From: Balanoglossus misakiensis | Lineage: Eukaryota > Animalia > Hemichordata | Assembly (NCBI GenBank): GCA_040954595.2 | Contig: CM082595.2 | Location: forward strand, 10,281,918 to 10,345,917 | Length of the DNA stretch: 64,000 nt | Direction: 5' to 3' | Part shown: positions 36,570-51,300 of the stretch, one piece after another | Numbering within the stretch: position 1 is the stretch's first letter | Layout of the letters: each line of letters begins with the position of its first letter | The notes under the pieces: model-generated | What the model saw: the letters and a program-made list of their open reading frames with translations, nothing else | Told to the model about the DNA's origin: nothing | Database searches by the model: none | Translations under genes and position numbers: made by a program

Positions 36570-37412
36570 TATCTATCTATCTACCTTACTGGCCAACTTC
36601 AACATATTGAAGGCTTTGCCAGTGAGTGCACCCTAGTACAGGACATCAAAAATGTCAGTTTTCTGGTTTGGTGAAGTATAGTGCCAAAGAAGATTTGAAA
36701 GATTCATGTGACCCTGCAGATATGATGTCTGGTGGTATACTATTCCAGTCTTGGATTGTTCTTGGAAAGAAGGAATATTTTCTGTAGTCTGTTTTGAATT
36801 TGGGAATTTTATAACGTTTACTATATGCATGTGTCTAGTGAGTCTTAGCGGGGGTTGGAGATGCTGAAGATTGTTCATGGCAACAGTTCCTGTTGAAATT
36901 TTATATGGCATCGATAGTCTGGCTTCTTTTCTACGTTGTTCTAATGATGTCCAATGTAAGGTATTTATCATGTTGTCAACACTAGAGCGATTTGGAAATC
37001 TGCCAGTCACGTAGCGTGCAGCGCGTCTTTGTGTTTTTTCTAACAAAGCTATGTCGGTCTGTTCATATGGGTCCCAAACAGTGGAGGCGTATTCAACTAG
37101 TGGTCTTACAAGTGTTGTGTATGCCTTCTCTTTCACCGATGTTGATCCTATGTTGAGATTTCTACGGAGGAAACCAAGTGTTTTGTTTGCTTTGTTGCAT
37201 ATTAAAGTAATATGTTGGTGCCAATCAAGATCAGCTGTCAGTGTGCACCCTAGATACTTTTCGGATGAGCTGTGTTTGATTATCTTCCCGTTTAAACTGT
37301 ACTGGTTAATTATCATTGAACGTTTCCTTGTTACTGACAGAACAGAGCATTTGTGTGGATGAAAAGACATTTTCCATTTGTTGGCCCACGCTGCTAGTTT
37401 GTCTATATCAGA
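36570..37412 (-). mobile_element. CR1-type LINE 3' fragment private to one copy
   Basis: EKYLG...KANKTLGFLRRNL...LVRPLVEYASTVWDPY...QRRAARYV; (tcta)n tail; TSD tagtc at 36565-36569 and 37413-37417; empty site at ~13345. Confidence 0.9.
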
Positions 37413-40400
37413 TAGTCAACTCTAAATCTAATATAATAGTCGCGAAAATTGCTATGACAAACAAAAAATGAAGGGGGACACCCTTGTCAGATCCCTTTGG
37501 ATGGATAACCTTTAGAGAAGACATTGCCATTTTTCAAACATCTAGTATGTGATTATACATAGTTTTAACCCTATAACGCTGCCAAGTCAGTTTGATATCC
37601 AGGGTGCCTAGAATCCTGGCTCCCAGGCCTGTTAGGCTGCCAAGGGCGTGTTACGCAGTAGGGCCTATACAAGACCCTCAAACCAAACCAGGCAAACCAA
37701 TACGATTTAGTACATTTAAGGGGGCTTAGACTGCCAAGTGTGTATATGAGAGCCATGGCAAGACAGTCAAAATACGTTTAGGAAGAAAAAATGGCAAACA
37801 CATATTTTAAGGGACTTGACACTCTAAACAGGTATGACACCTAGTAGTATTAGGGTTAAAATATAGCTGCAAGCCAAAATGGTCATCTGAGGTTACCCGA
37901 AATTTGGGCAAAAATTTTTGACCCCATACTGGTCCAGGTCCATCAGAAACCAAACCTTCAGCCCTATTGGTTCGCCTGGAATTAGGTATACACATAATTA
38001 ATGAGTTAAGCAGTTGTACAGGTGACCTCAAAATTCGGCTTTTCATTTTAGTCCCATCCCTCGAAATGCTAAGGCTGTACCTGCTCTGGAGGCTGAGATA
38101 TGAGAAAGTAGATCACCTGAGGTCACCCAATATTTTATGGAAAAAATTGGACGCCACACTTGTCCATGTCCAACAGAAACAAAACCTCTAGCCTATTAGT
38201 AAGCCTACAATTAGGTATGCACATAATTAATTAGGTCAAAGGTCAAGGGGTAACAAGTACATGTGTATGCTTCATCCCACCAAATATGAAGTCTGTCGGT
38301 CTAATAGTTACGTACTTATGAGCATTTATGTTATATATAGTTCAAAGGTCACCGAGGTCACGTGACATTGCGGCGAAATGATTTGGTCCAATAGTTGTAC
38401 CTGTCCACCAAAAATCAGCTCCCTAGGTGTATTAGTTAGCGTAGAAGTAGATATGTGTTTTTCAAGGTGGGTGAAAGGTCAAGGAGTCACCCGAAATTTG
38501 GCTTCTCATTTCGGCCCCTTGGTCAGTCCCTGTTCACTCCATAAATGGAGACGTGTTCTGCGCAACTGCAGTACGTGTAACCTCGTGAACTCAGATGTGC
38601 ACATGCGTACAGCAGTCCCTGTTCACACCATAAATGGAGACGTGTTCTGTGCAACCACAGCTGGACCTGTGATAGATCAAATCCGATCGACATATTTAGT
38701 TTCCGTATATTATATTGACCAATGCAGACTAAATCTAATACAATTACTACATGTAGTATATCGTGTATAATACACACGTTTGGCAATATTGCAGTTTGAG
38801 TGTTAGATGCAGACGTGTATACCCGATCTAAATTTCCGACCTACACATGTACATGTATCACTGTTCACATGTACATACACCATAACTGCGTTCTGAAAAT
38901 GACATGGTATTTTCAAAATGTTACCCCAGATTACCCCATCATGTGAGAGCCATGAAACTCACACCCATTGTCCAGCAGTAGTTAGTTGACTATCCTATTC
39001 ACTCAAAACAAAAAGAACGGGTGTGAAAAAGTCACTAAAACAGCATTGATACAGAGGTGTATAACACTGTCCATGATTTCAAGAGAAAAACATGAATGCA
39101 GCCCAGGCAGATCGGTCACTGCGATATCTTTCTAAGTATTTCACTCAACTTGTACAGACCATGCCATGCTGTCTTCTGGAATGTGCTGGTAACGTCACAC
39201 ATCGAAACATATTGATGATGCCCTTCCCTGCGGCTCGGGCATCATCAATATTATTAAGGTCAAAGATCACCATCCCTTATATGGTCATCAGGTCACTTGA
39301 CTAATTTAACATTCACGGACGTACTGCACCAGATCTCATTGGCCTGCATTATTGTGCCAAATTTGAGAATTGTAGGTTTAGCCGTTTTCAAGATCCTAGT
39401 GTCCGATGAAAGTGCCAAAGAAGAAGAAAAATGCCAGCAATACCAATAGGGGCCCCGCCCATAGGGGCTTGGGCCCCTAAAAACCCCAGTAATAACAATA
39501 GGGGCCCTGCCCATAGGGGCTTGGGCCCCTAATAAGTTAGTTGTAAAGTTATTACTGAGCTTGAATTTCACTAGCGACTAAAAGTAAACAAAAACTGATG
39601 GTCAAAGTATCACAAGCTTTATTTTGGTTTGATGTAGGATGTAATATGCTTATAGCACACTGCCAAATTAATGTCAACCAATAAGACCGGTAGGATATGA
39701 TCGAAAACCACACGTATTAATGTGTAAAAGGCCGAACTTCCCAATAAATTTGGGTAACCGACTACAGACAGAGTCGAACCGATGCATGATCTGAAGTATC
39801 AAGACACATGGACTATTATTTATTGTTTCAGCAATTTGACTTAAGTTTATAATTTCCTATGGCAGTTTTTGCCGACAAGAATCAATGCCCGACCAAACAG
39901 GTCACAAGTTAACCAAGCCCTCATACACGCGCTATTCGGACGTATCGGTGATCTGTTTATGTGTTTAGCTAAGGTGGTAAACTGTTCATCAATCAATCAA
40001 TCAATCAAAAAGACTTATAGAGCACCAAACTCCACTGTAATAGTGTTCAATAGCGCTTTACAATGTAAAGTTACTGTTAATACGCTCTGTTAAACAGATA
40101 AGTCTTGATGTGTTTCTTGAAACTGTCAAGGCTAGGTGACTGGCATACTTCTATTGGGACACTGTTCCAAATGAGTGGGGCGATATACGAAAAAGCACGA
40201 TCGACGTACATTTTCTTCTTACTCCATGGTACATGAAGTAGAAATTTGTCATTTGAACGAAGAAGTCTTGTTGAAGTTTTCAGATGGATTAAGTCAGAGA
40301 TGTAAGCTGGTGCTGTGTTGTTTAATGCCTTATATGTCATAAGCAAGATCTTGTATTGGATTCTATAGTGTACAGGCAACCAATGTAAATCCATGAGAAC

Positions 40401-42742
40401 AGGAGTAATATGATCCCTTTTACGGGTACGAGAAACGATCATGGCTGCAGAATTCAGGGCATGCTGTAGCATGCATGATGATGGTAAACCACAGAGTAGT
40501 GCATTACAGTAGTGTGATTAGAGCATGAACCAGCATCTGGCAAACTTCCTTAGTGAGGTAACGGCGAATGTGGCTGATTTGACGCAGATGGAAGAAAATT
40601 TACTTGTAAATTGCATTAATGTGCTTATTGAAAGTGTAATTGTCGTCGAATGTCACACCTATATTCCGTGCAGAATTCACTATTTGAACACAACATGATC
40701 CAATGCTCATGTGGTTTATGGGACGAGGCGGGCGGTTGAACTGAGACCTTATCAGGAGTACCTCGGTTTTGCCACCATTGAGTTGAAGTTTATTATGTGT
40801 CATCCAGGTTTTTATTTCGTGAACTGCCCTTTCCAGTTAAATATCGCAACTAGCCATAATGTTTGACTAGGGGGAGCACCTATACTAATGCGAGAACCAG
40901 GGATTGAAAGTTGCACCTGTGTTTTGATCCCTTAGTTACCCTTATAAGTACATTTGTAGTTTAATAACCATAGTTCTATTGCAAACCATTCTTTCCGTAG
41001 TTTCTTGTTTCAAATATTGTAATCTGAATTTATTTTGGTGTTTAACAGGTGTGATTATCTGTATTGGTGGCCATTTTGAAAAAAAAATTGGTTGCCATGG
41101 AAACTCTTCAACAGATATTTAGTGACTCGCTATCTGAATTTGTTCAGTACACATTAACACGCATCTGAGCCAAGTTTGGTGCTTTTATCACAAAATACAC
41201 AATCGATATGAAAATTTGGTTTTGGTGCTCCACTACATAAGTAACATTAAGGATGTACGTTCAGTAAAATTGAAAGTATTGTCATTTTTTTTAATTGTGG
41301 ATTTTTTTATTCTCCTTTGTATGTATAATGAAAATCCGTAATAAAATTTAGGGTCACCTGGCTTGTCTTTGAAATACAGAGCCATGAATTTGGTCGATAA
41401 TAGAAGAAATCTGCTGACTCAGCATTTTTCACCAATGGTTTGTCTATGGGCAAAATTCTTAACGCAATTTATCTCAAAAAAGAGCGCGGTGACCCCTATA
41501 TTTTATTTGACCAATGAATTTATATTTTCTGGACTGAGCTATGTGTAAAATTTCGTGAAAATGACAATAGTAGAAGTTTGTTTTCTGGCGATTATCAATG
41601 TAATCCTTCGGGAAAAAGACCGGGCGCGCAGTGTTTCCAGTTTATGTTCTGCGCATACATCCTTGATGAAGTTTGCTGGCTAGAGGGCTCCTAAACCTCC
41701 CTAATATTTGACGTCTTTACTCCTACAGGACTGCGCAGTTGGAAGTTACAGTTCAGCATGTTCTGAAGTATGCACGCTGTGTCCAAGGGTTTCATGTGTG
41801 GAACAGCCAGCCTCTCATCACCAACACAATGCGGACAGGGATATTTTGCCAACAATGGAAGTATAGACTGTACGCCTTGTCCTGCCCTGGGTATAAGTGC
41901 CAATATGATGGTATGTCGGAGCCAGAGGTGTGTGAAGATGGATACTACACTAATATAGAGGGTGAGCCAGCACTTAAAATTTGGGCATTACTGTGTAATC
42001 TTTCACTTAAGGCGGACGATCATCTTATGTGCATGTGCGTAATTCTGTGCGTACAAACATTATGTCCAGTCCAAATATTCTGCCAATTTTACATCCAATG
42101 CATTCAAATAGTGGACTGCTTCGCTTTCATCCAGTTTTCATGTGCATCGTATAAGTAGACTTTTGTTTTGTCCCGTCTTTTCACCGAATTTGCTCTTTTC
42201 CAAATCTCCGACACAGACTATGATCGTCACATTCTTGTCTGTTGTTAGAACAGCACACTGCCATATGGCATTGACTGTATACAGTTTCTGTTACCAATAT
42301 CTCTGGTTTGGCATTTTCTTGTCCTCAATCTTTTGCCAGGGATTTTTGTCTCCCCAACCCGCGTGAGAATCCCACGTCTTTGAAGGTATGACTGTGACTA
42401 TAAGATTCTATAAATCTCTGTTTATTTTCAGCACAAACATCATGTGGTGATTGCCCAGCTGGTAACCAATGTCCAAATGGTAACACTGTGATTTTATGCT
42501 CGGCTGGTTATTACAGTTCGGCCTTGGACAAAGGATGTCTCGCTGTACCTCTCGCATAATATTAGGTCAGGTAATTTACTAACTGAAAAATAGGATGGGA
42601 ACATTTTCCATTTCTGTATTTAAAATTTACTGATATAATATATGAATGAAAAAATGACAATTTTTCCAAATTTGAATAGACCTCTATTTATGAAAATAAT
42701 TAAAATTTGCGCCAATTTTTTACAGTGGTATTCAAAGGTTAA

Positions 42743-43475
42743 GGTGGCATTGCATGAAAAGTTGTGATTTTTGCCAAATTTTACTTTTTTACATAAATCG
42801 GTAGGCCTAATACTGACCCACATCCTGACTAATACGTCTTGGCGGAAATGGTGCACAATCACCCCCAAATAGCACTTTTCTGAATGAGTTCACAGCTTAA
42901 CAAATAGGTGTCAACAATGCAAATGGCCGTTTTTCTCAGTTTGCATTTTCGCTGTTCTTGACAACTTCAGACGAAAATAGCTTCGCTCTGCGTTGGCCGA
43001 ATTTGCTCAAACTTTAACTGGGGATTTTGTATGACCCAGCCAACAAAACGGTATTTTTGTTAGTTGATAAAGTGTCCCTGGCGGGAATAAACTCTGATTC
43101 AATACAACTCACCGTGAATTTGATCAAATTTTACTAAAAATCTAACTTTCAAATGCTGTTACTCCTCAATGGAAGCAGATAACGCAAAACGGAATTACCG
43201 TTTTTTGCACGTGTACTCTAGTTTTGAATGACATATTAAGATGCATGATGCATGGTCAACTTTTTTACCTATTTTAAATTTTATGACATAATATCAAAAA
43301 ATGGGTTTTTTAACCCAAAATCGCCACCATTTCCGGGGATCAATAATATTTGCAAAGCAAACAAAAGTTCAAAAACTCAGCTTCCAGAATATATATGGTT
43401 TGTGTGGGTTTTAACGTTGTCTTTCATGAGAAATAGGCCTCTGAAAAAGTCTCGACGGTTTCATGCAATGGCACC
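42743..43475. mobile_element. TTAA-TSD MITE (Kolobok-like)
   Basis: ttaa|ggtggcattgcatgaaa ... tttcatgcaatggcacc|ttaa; empty sites at ~19233 and ~61526. Confidence 0.92.
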
Positions 43476-45012
43476 TTAACTTGGTGTGTAAATTCTTTGT
43501 TTGATTTACAGATCAGCCGGTGCTGAACAGTGTACTATTTGTGAGCAAGGGTACGCCTGCACAGATCCCAGTGCATCGCAATTCAAGTGTACCAAGGGTT
43601 ACGTGTCATTGGCTGGTGCAACAAACTGTACCAGATGTACAAATGGTAAGATCGTGGTACTTGTTCAGTTTGCTGTGTGATGAAACTGAGGGGTGTGTGT
43701 GTGTATGCATGTATGTGTTTACAACAGATTTTCAAGTCAGTGCGACTGGGGTTATGTGTGTGTGTGTGTGTATGTATGTATGTGTTTACAACAGATTATC
43801 AACTCAGTGCGAGATCTTGCGAGACCCGGTTAGCCATGTGAGATCTCGCAGAGTCTTATGATATTCAGAAAATGGTTGATTAGAAATGACGTTTAATGTC
43901 CTCCAAAGAATTTTCTACATGCCTGTATACTTGTCTCAGAATTATGAAGTGAATCATCTCAAGTAATTTGTTATTTTAAATGACACTGTATCACAAATAC
44001 TTCACTAAAAACCTCATTTTATTTAATCAGATGAAATAAGTGAGGAGCCTGCACGCACATCCCGTCTTCTGTGCCCTGCCGGACAATCGTGTTTAGATCC
44101 AATGTAAGATCCGCTTGACTGTGGCAATGGTGAATATGCTATGGAAGGCGACGGAACATGCACGCCTTGTCCAGCAGGATCCAAGTGTCCAACCATGTCA
44201 CCCGTAGTTGATTGTTCAACAGTTACTGGTAAGTTGGGCTGCAAATCACTCTTGTGACTTCCCTGTGTTATAGCATGACATACACAGAAAATTAAACTGT
44301 TATGCTCATTGGAGTTGATATTGTGACGCACTTTGAAAAACACAAAGATTCCACTGAAGAGGTATTGTACAGTAACATCTGTGATTACGGACATCTCTCT
44401 AATAAGGGATCGTTGGACCAAACCAATCGTTCTTTGAATTTTTTCTGTGATAGGTTCATACTCGCTAGGTTCGGCCACGTCCTTCTGGTTATGAATGCAC
44501 AACTACAAGTGTCACACAGTGCGCTACAGGGCAGTAAAGTGTTGAAGGAGGTAAGTCTTGAAATCTCTTTTCTTCTGGTCTCGATTTGAACATGGTTCCA
44601 CAAGTTGTTTACATCACTTGTAGTTTTACATATTTTTTGAGTTCAACAGCTATGCTATACATGGTGTCCTGAGAAGTCGACCAGTATGAGAAGTCGGTAT
44701 CGGCCAGTACGAGAAGTCGGCCTGTGGGAGAGAACCCTGGTACTTTGTGTTATATATAACTGTTTCACTACGAAATGTTTCCTTGATGTACAGGAGCTGA
44801 GATATTTGTACAAATAGCCGATGAATTTTAAAACTGTCTGTTCACTTTGCATGTACGTCACCGGGGTACGTCAACATCAGTCACCTGCACTTCTTGCGCT
44901 GCGCCAGTAGTCTGTTCCTCGTCACGTTTGTTTGTTTGGTGTTGTCTCAAAGTATGAATATACACATACATCTTCTATGTATTTTAGTAGGCTTTGAAAC
45001 AACTCCCTTTAA

Positions 45013-45358
45013 AGGGACAAAGTCTCTCTCTCGCTGCCCTTTTTCCATTAATAATATTTGATACAAGACACCATTTATGTATTCTAAATGTGGATATATA
45101 GTGAATCAACGTTCAACCACACACAACTTCAATACGACTTGTAGACACGAGAGTGAAAAACTTGCCAAAATGAATAATCGGTGTTTACCATTTATTCATT
45201 TTGGCGGGATTTTTACACTCATATCCTACAAACGGGATGGAATTTGTCTGTAGTTGAATGTGGATTCTCAATATATCCACATGTAGAATAATGTGAACGG
45301 TGTCTTGTATCAAACATAATTAATGGAAAAAGGTTCGCGAGGGAGAGACTTTGTCCCT
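45013..45358. mobile_element. TTAA-TSD palindromic MITE (Kolobok-like), nested in another transposon
   Basis: ttaa|agggacaaagtctctc ... gagagactttgtccct|ttaa; empty sites at ~1103 and ~63072. A related end fragment lies at ~35371-35420. Confidence 0.92.
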
Positions 45359-48300
45359 TTAATCAGAAATGTCACAGGAATTTGGTGAACAACCTAAGCT
45401 CCTTACGCGGATACGGGGCTGGGGAACCGGTACGGATGCCAGACGCCATTATTTGAAATGACGCCATTGTGTTGTCAAGAATTTGGGAAATCCATCCAAA
45501 TGAAAATATTTAGTGCAATTATATTTTATTAAGTGTTGTTATAAGTAATCTGGGTCATCACTGCACTATTCGGGTACAAGTTCAACAACTGGCTGACTTC
45601 TCGTACAGGCCGACTTCTCATACGCACGTACTGGCCGACTTCTAATCTGGCTGACTTCTCATGTATTCCTATACATTAGTGAAAATTGGGGAAACTGGTG
45701 TTTTCAGACAACTTATGAAGTCCCTTTCGCAATATTAACTCTAAAACAGCTGGTGATATTCCTTTTAAAATTTAACCAAATAAGCATACTTGAACTCTGT
45801 CATATCGGCAAAACACTCACTAAACAAGCTGCTGTTATTCTACAGACATGACATGTGCTGATTGCGGTGTAGGTAACTACTGTCCAGATGGGTCAGACAG
45901 CCCCATTCCTTGTCCATCAAGTTATTATGCTGACACAGCCACAGAAGTATCCTGTACCCCTTGCGATCCAGGCTGTCAGTGTGCAGCAACATCACCCACT
46001 TGCCTGCACATCAAGAACCTACTCTCTGGGACCATCAACAACATGTACTCCCCTTCTACCAGGTTTGTAGTCGTCTTAGTCGTAAAAACATATTTAAGGT
46101 GTTGCGCACCTCGAAATAAAGGGTCGTCTGATCATGTTAAAATTAATACTGATGATACTATGACTTCTAAACATTTAATCTATGGAATAAAAATTGGGGG
46201 TCAACCATCTAGAGTTTTGAAAAAGCACCCTTTATCTAGCACCTCTTTCAGATTTTGCCAGGCTCATAGATTTTTGTAAAATGGCCTCAAAAATAAGAAT
46301 TTTGGGAGGTTTGTCATATGTTTTCACCATTGTAGAATCTAAATGTCCTGAATTATTTTATTTTTAGCAATTTTGAGATTGCTTCATGTTCAGTATGATA
46401 ATCGCATGTCAATACAACTGTTACATTAAAGGAAAAGTTCAAATCCGCCTAAAACCACATTGCATTGGTACCTAGTTAAGTTGTCCTCACTTCTGACGCA
46501 AAATTTTGATGTGCAATGCATGTGTCTGTGAAATTGACGAATAAAAAAATTGTATACCAGTGCAAAAATAAAAACTCCCTGTGCAGCCTTCTTGGCAACT
46601 GCATGCTGGGAAAAGTACTCGGATGATGACGAAAAAGTTTCGGGGTTCCGTGTAGTGCTACCCCGGAATACAATGTTGGGTGCAGACTCCAAAACTATGG
46701 AAAAGAGATGCAGAATGTCATGTGATATAGTAGTGAAAACAAATACACGTTGGTTCACGTATTTCAGCTCTCAGCAATCAGGGTGCATTGAAAGGCCTTG
46801 ATTGGTGTGATATTCACAATTGATGATTATAAATCCTTACAGTTGTATACTGTTTTATTTTGTAAATATTGTGTACATTTGCAGCAATGAATCCGTGCGA
46901 ACACAAACCTTAACCCATGCCGGAATGCTGGTACTTGCCAAGCAATCCAGGGATCTTATACAGGCGTCACATGTCAATGTGCTGGCTGCTACCTGGGCTT
47001 CACATGTGAAACACGTGAGTACAGTACTTTGTCATTTATTAAAAAATCTAAGTGCTGAGGTACATTGTAGTAATAATAGCAGGTGTAGTCATTATCATCA
47101 TCATCATCATCATCATCTTTAAGTCAGTCATATGATCGGTAATAAAAACAGTAAAATCACCAGTATAAAAACATAACAGAGAAATAATGAACGTGTACTG
47201 GTGTTACCATAGGTAAGTGTTGTATAAAATTTTGAATTCCTGTCTTCCAGTTCCTAATCCATGCTTTGCTAGTCCTTGTCTCAATGGAGGAACCTGCCAA
47301 CAACAGGCAAATTCTTGTACTGCCACCATTGGCATGTGCACAGAGTGTTACTAGGAAACCAGGTGTGAGACAAGTAAGTTTGAATCTATAGCAGTTAATA
47401 ATGATAATTATCATTTTTTTTTATTATGATTTAAACTTCACTGATGTTGTACAAACACAAAAATAGAAATAATAATAATAATAATAATAATAATTTATTT
47501 GTATAGCGTCAGTATCCACAAAAAATGTGATCAATGACGCTTAAAGCAAAAGTACAATACAACAACTGGCTAAAAAACAGATTTAAAAAGTAAAGTTTTA
47601 ACATTTGATTTAAAAACAGATAAGTCTGGTGCCTGGCGAATGGTAAGTGGAAGATTATTCCAAAGAATTGGAGCAGCAACAGTAAAAGCACGATCACCAT
47701 AACTCTTGGTGCGTGATCGAACAGGGCAGAGTTTGAACTGATCAGCTGACCTTAAATTGCGACACGGAACATATAGATTAGTCATGCTAGAAAGATAGAT
47801 TGGACCAAGTTTATGAATGGATTTAAAAATGAGAACTAACATCTTAAAAACAATACGCTCTGTAACAGATAGCCAGTGCAACTGATACAAAATTGGAGTG
47901 ATGTGACAAGTGATTTTTGAACGAGTAACAATTAGAAAGGGACAGCAGCTTAGCTCTATTCCGTTTCCAAAGTGTTTGTTCTTTTAAACTACCTGTGCAT
48001 TTTTTTATTTATTCTGATTATGCTAATATGCTAATTTGTCGGTTTGTCACATCACAATTTTTGTAGGAAACTCACCCCTGGGAATTTTTTTCAGCCACTT
48101 ACATACATTCATAATCACATGACATTGATGATCATGGAAAATTTGACCCTTTTCCTTGTAGGACTCAACCAGTGTCCACCAAATCCGTGCCAGAATGGTG
48201 GCTTCTGTCAACCGGCTCGAAATTCCTGCTTTGATCTCACCTGCATATGTACTGGTTGCTACAAAGGTGATAGGTGTGAGATATGTAAATATACAGCGCA

Positions 48301-51300
48301 GTCTCTTTTACCTTTTGTCTCTGATGCATTCAAATACTGCATGTTTCCTGAGCATAGGTGTAGCCATCACCACAGCAGAGCTTGGAGCGTTCTTGACATC
48401 GAATGCAAGATTACACTCTTCCCAATCAAAATCACTTTCGTAGCGCATAATGTCTTGATTGTCTTAGTTCAAGAAACATTATGCGCGACTGGCCAATTTT
48501 ACAGCCTTTTGTCAACACACATCCACTATGGAAATTCTCACTCCAGCCCAGATAGTGTAAATTTGCATATGAGTCTACAGGTATGCTTGAAGTCAAGTCA
48601 AGCATTTGCAAGGAACCCTCCTCCAGTACACAAGTCATTGATTTCATGAAGGGAAGCCCTTGCCTCACAGTCACTGCCACATGATCTATGGAGGTGTGAA
48701 CAACTTGATACCAGCCTAATATAAGTTGTAGGCACAATCACTCCACACACCCTTGCCATAATTCTGCAAGGTTTTTGCCATATCTGTAGAATGAGTAGCA
48801 AGGAATAAAATGGCGTCCTTTCTCAATTTCCAGTGCAAAACCCCTGTGATCCCAACCCATGTATGAATGGTGGATTTGCCAGCAAACATCGTGCAATTTC
48901 TATTCATGCCAGTGTGTGAACTCTTACACAGGTGACATCTGTCAAGCCATAGACCCTAGAGAAAGAAGGACGAGCAACTGCGGCAAAGATCAAAGGGTTT
49001 GGGGATTATCTGTATGATGATGTTCTTTTGCATATAATTAACACCCAGGACAGTTGGACAATGACTTCCTTACTTCGGCACGTTTTTCCCCCATCATACC
49101 AGTATATTTGTCATAGCTGGCAGCTATGAAATTACCTGTATATTTAGGATGTGACAAACCAAATAGGCACTTTCAGGAATTGAGTCTTTTTTCAATTACC
49201 AAAGTCCTAAACTCCCAAAAGTATAATAAGTAATTCTTATTGTTCAGTTATACATTTAGGAGGCTCAGTTAGGAGAACCCGATAGAACCACAGCTGTAGG
49301 AATTAGGGAAATGGTCATACCCTAAAAACTTATGTCACTACTATTTTTTTTTCATGCCATTGAAACAGAACAAACACCATATAGGCCAAGTCCATCCCTG
49401 AACAATGGGCGGTGTACTCAGCTGTCGTGTACAACTTATGAGTGTACTTGTCCAGGATGTTTCACCGGCACACACTGCAGCCAGTGTAAAACTCATTAAA
49501 ACAAACATTTGTCATGCAGGAACTAACATTTACAATCATGTCTCAATACATTGTCTGTTGGTCATACTTTATATTTTCATCTTCAGCATCACACCTTGGG
49601 CCTTGGGAATCGTTCACCTCAAAAATGATGTACAACTGAAAGAAAACATGTTTATTTGAAGAAAAAAATGTTGATCGTTCATGAAAATTTTCCCTACACA
49701 AGATACATATACAGAGATTTTCATAGCCCCACAAGTGCGTCCCAGAATGAGCAAGTTGTTTTTAGAAGTGAAGTTCCGTTCAGTATTTACAGTAATGGTA
49801 ATGATGATGTTTTTATCAAACAGATTTTGAAAGTAAATATTGCTGAGATAACATTAGGTTGCACTTTTTATTGCAGTCCAAGATCCATGCCAGCGAAACA
49901 GCTGTCTCAACGGGGCTGTATGTAATGCAGTGGCCAACTCCTGCACGGCATATACCTGTGCCTGTACTGGTTGCTATGAGGGTAACTGTTGTGAAATATG
50001 TAAGTTTCTGACGTACCGTAAATGACAATCTTTTGGGCACTTTCTCTTCATGGCAATTGAATTGTGTGGTAACTTCTCATTTCTAAAATTTCCACAAGAG
50101 AAAAGAAAGGAAAAGAAAACAGAAATTTCATTTGTATGTCCGTGCAATTTAGGATAGGCACGAACTTGTGAGGAAGTGTACGAAGCTGGATGTTTTCATC
50201 ACTCAAATATACAAGAGTTGCCTCTTGAAGACTAGTGTCTGTAGAGATAATTGTGCATATGAGGTAATCTCTCCTAAGGTGGTGCACACATCTGAGTATT
50301 AAGTAAAAGAGACGTCCTTAATTATCCTTACTATTTGGCTTGAAAAATCAATCATACTAGGTGTTCTGATTAGAGAGGTGTCCATAAAGACAGGTTTTAC
50401 TGTATTACCCAAAATAGAGACATTGTCCCTTCATGCGTGTTCTGGGTATGGTTCCAGTATAATGCTTGTGTCAAAGGATTTTGTTGTGGTGCAGGAATCA
50501 TCTTTGGTTGAGGTGTAGCCATCTGCATTTCATGTTTTTTAAACTATTTTTTTTCTGATAGTCATTAACCCATGTGATCAGAATCCGTGTCAAAATGGAG
50601 GCTATTGTTCCCAAACACCAAATTCTTATACTGACTACACCTGTTACTGCCAGTAGTGTTGGACTGGGGCCATCTGTGCCGTAGGTGTGTCGAATTACTG
50701 TTTTATGACACAGCGTGGTATATAAACCCTCATTTTTGGTATTCTCAATGTGATAGATGGACCCATACACCAATAAATGGGGTGGAAGCATTACTAAGTT
50801 TCATCCTTTCAAAATTTGCTGATGTAGGGTCAAAATTGAATGTGAGGTGCACGTTAAAAAGGAAAGCCTTCTGTATCATGTTGATGGCACATTTTTTAAT
50901 TTTTCAAGATTCTTACAGAAAAATCCTAGCAATAGCATCATTATGTTATTTTAAATGTACAGGTTTGAAACAAGGAATGAAGACATTGCTCACATATTTA
51001 AACGAAATGAACATCACAAGTACATGTACAAGTTTTTGACAAGCAGGTAATTGATACTTTCATTTTTGTTTTGGCAGCCATTGATCAGTTATACTCTATG
51101 CCTTGTCAAAATGGTGGCATTTGCGTTGCGCGAGACGGCTGTTTCCTGTTTGACTGTATGTGTACCAAATGCTTCACTGGTGCCACATGTACAATGCGTA
51201 AGTACAAACCAATATTATTTTATTCAATGCAAAACACTTGTTATGTATTATATAATATAAGTACGGTACACATATTAAAGCCCTGGTAACTCAAACTTTG

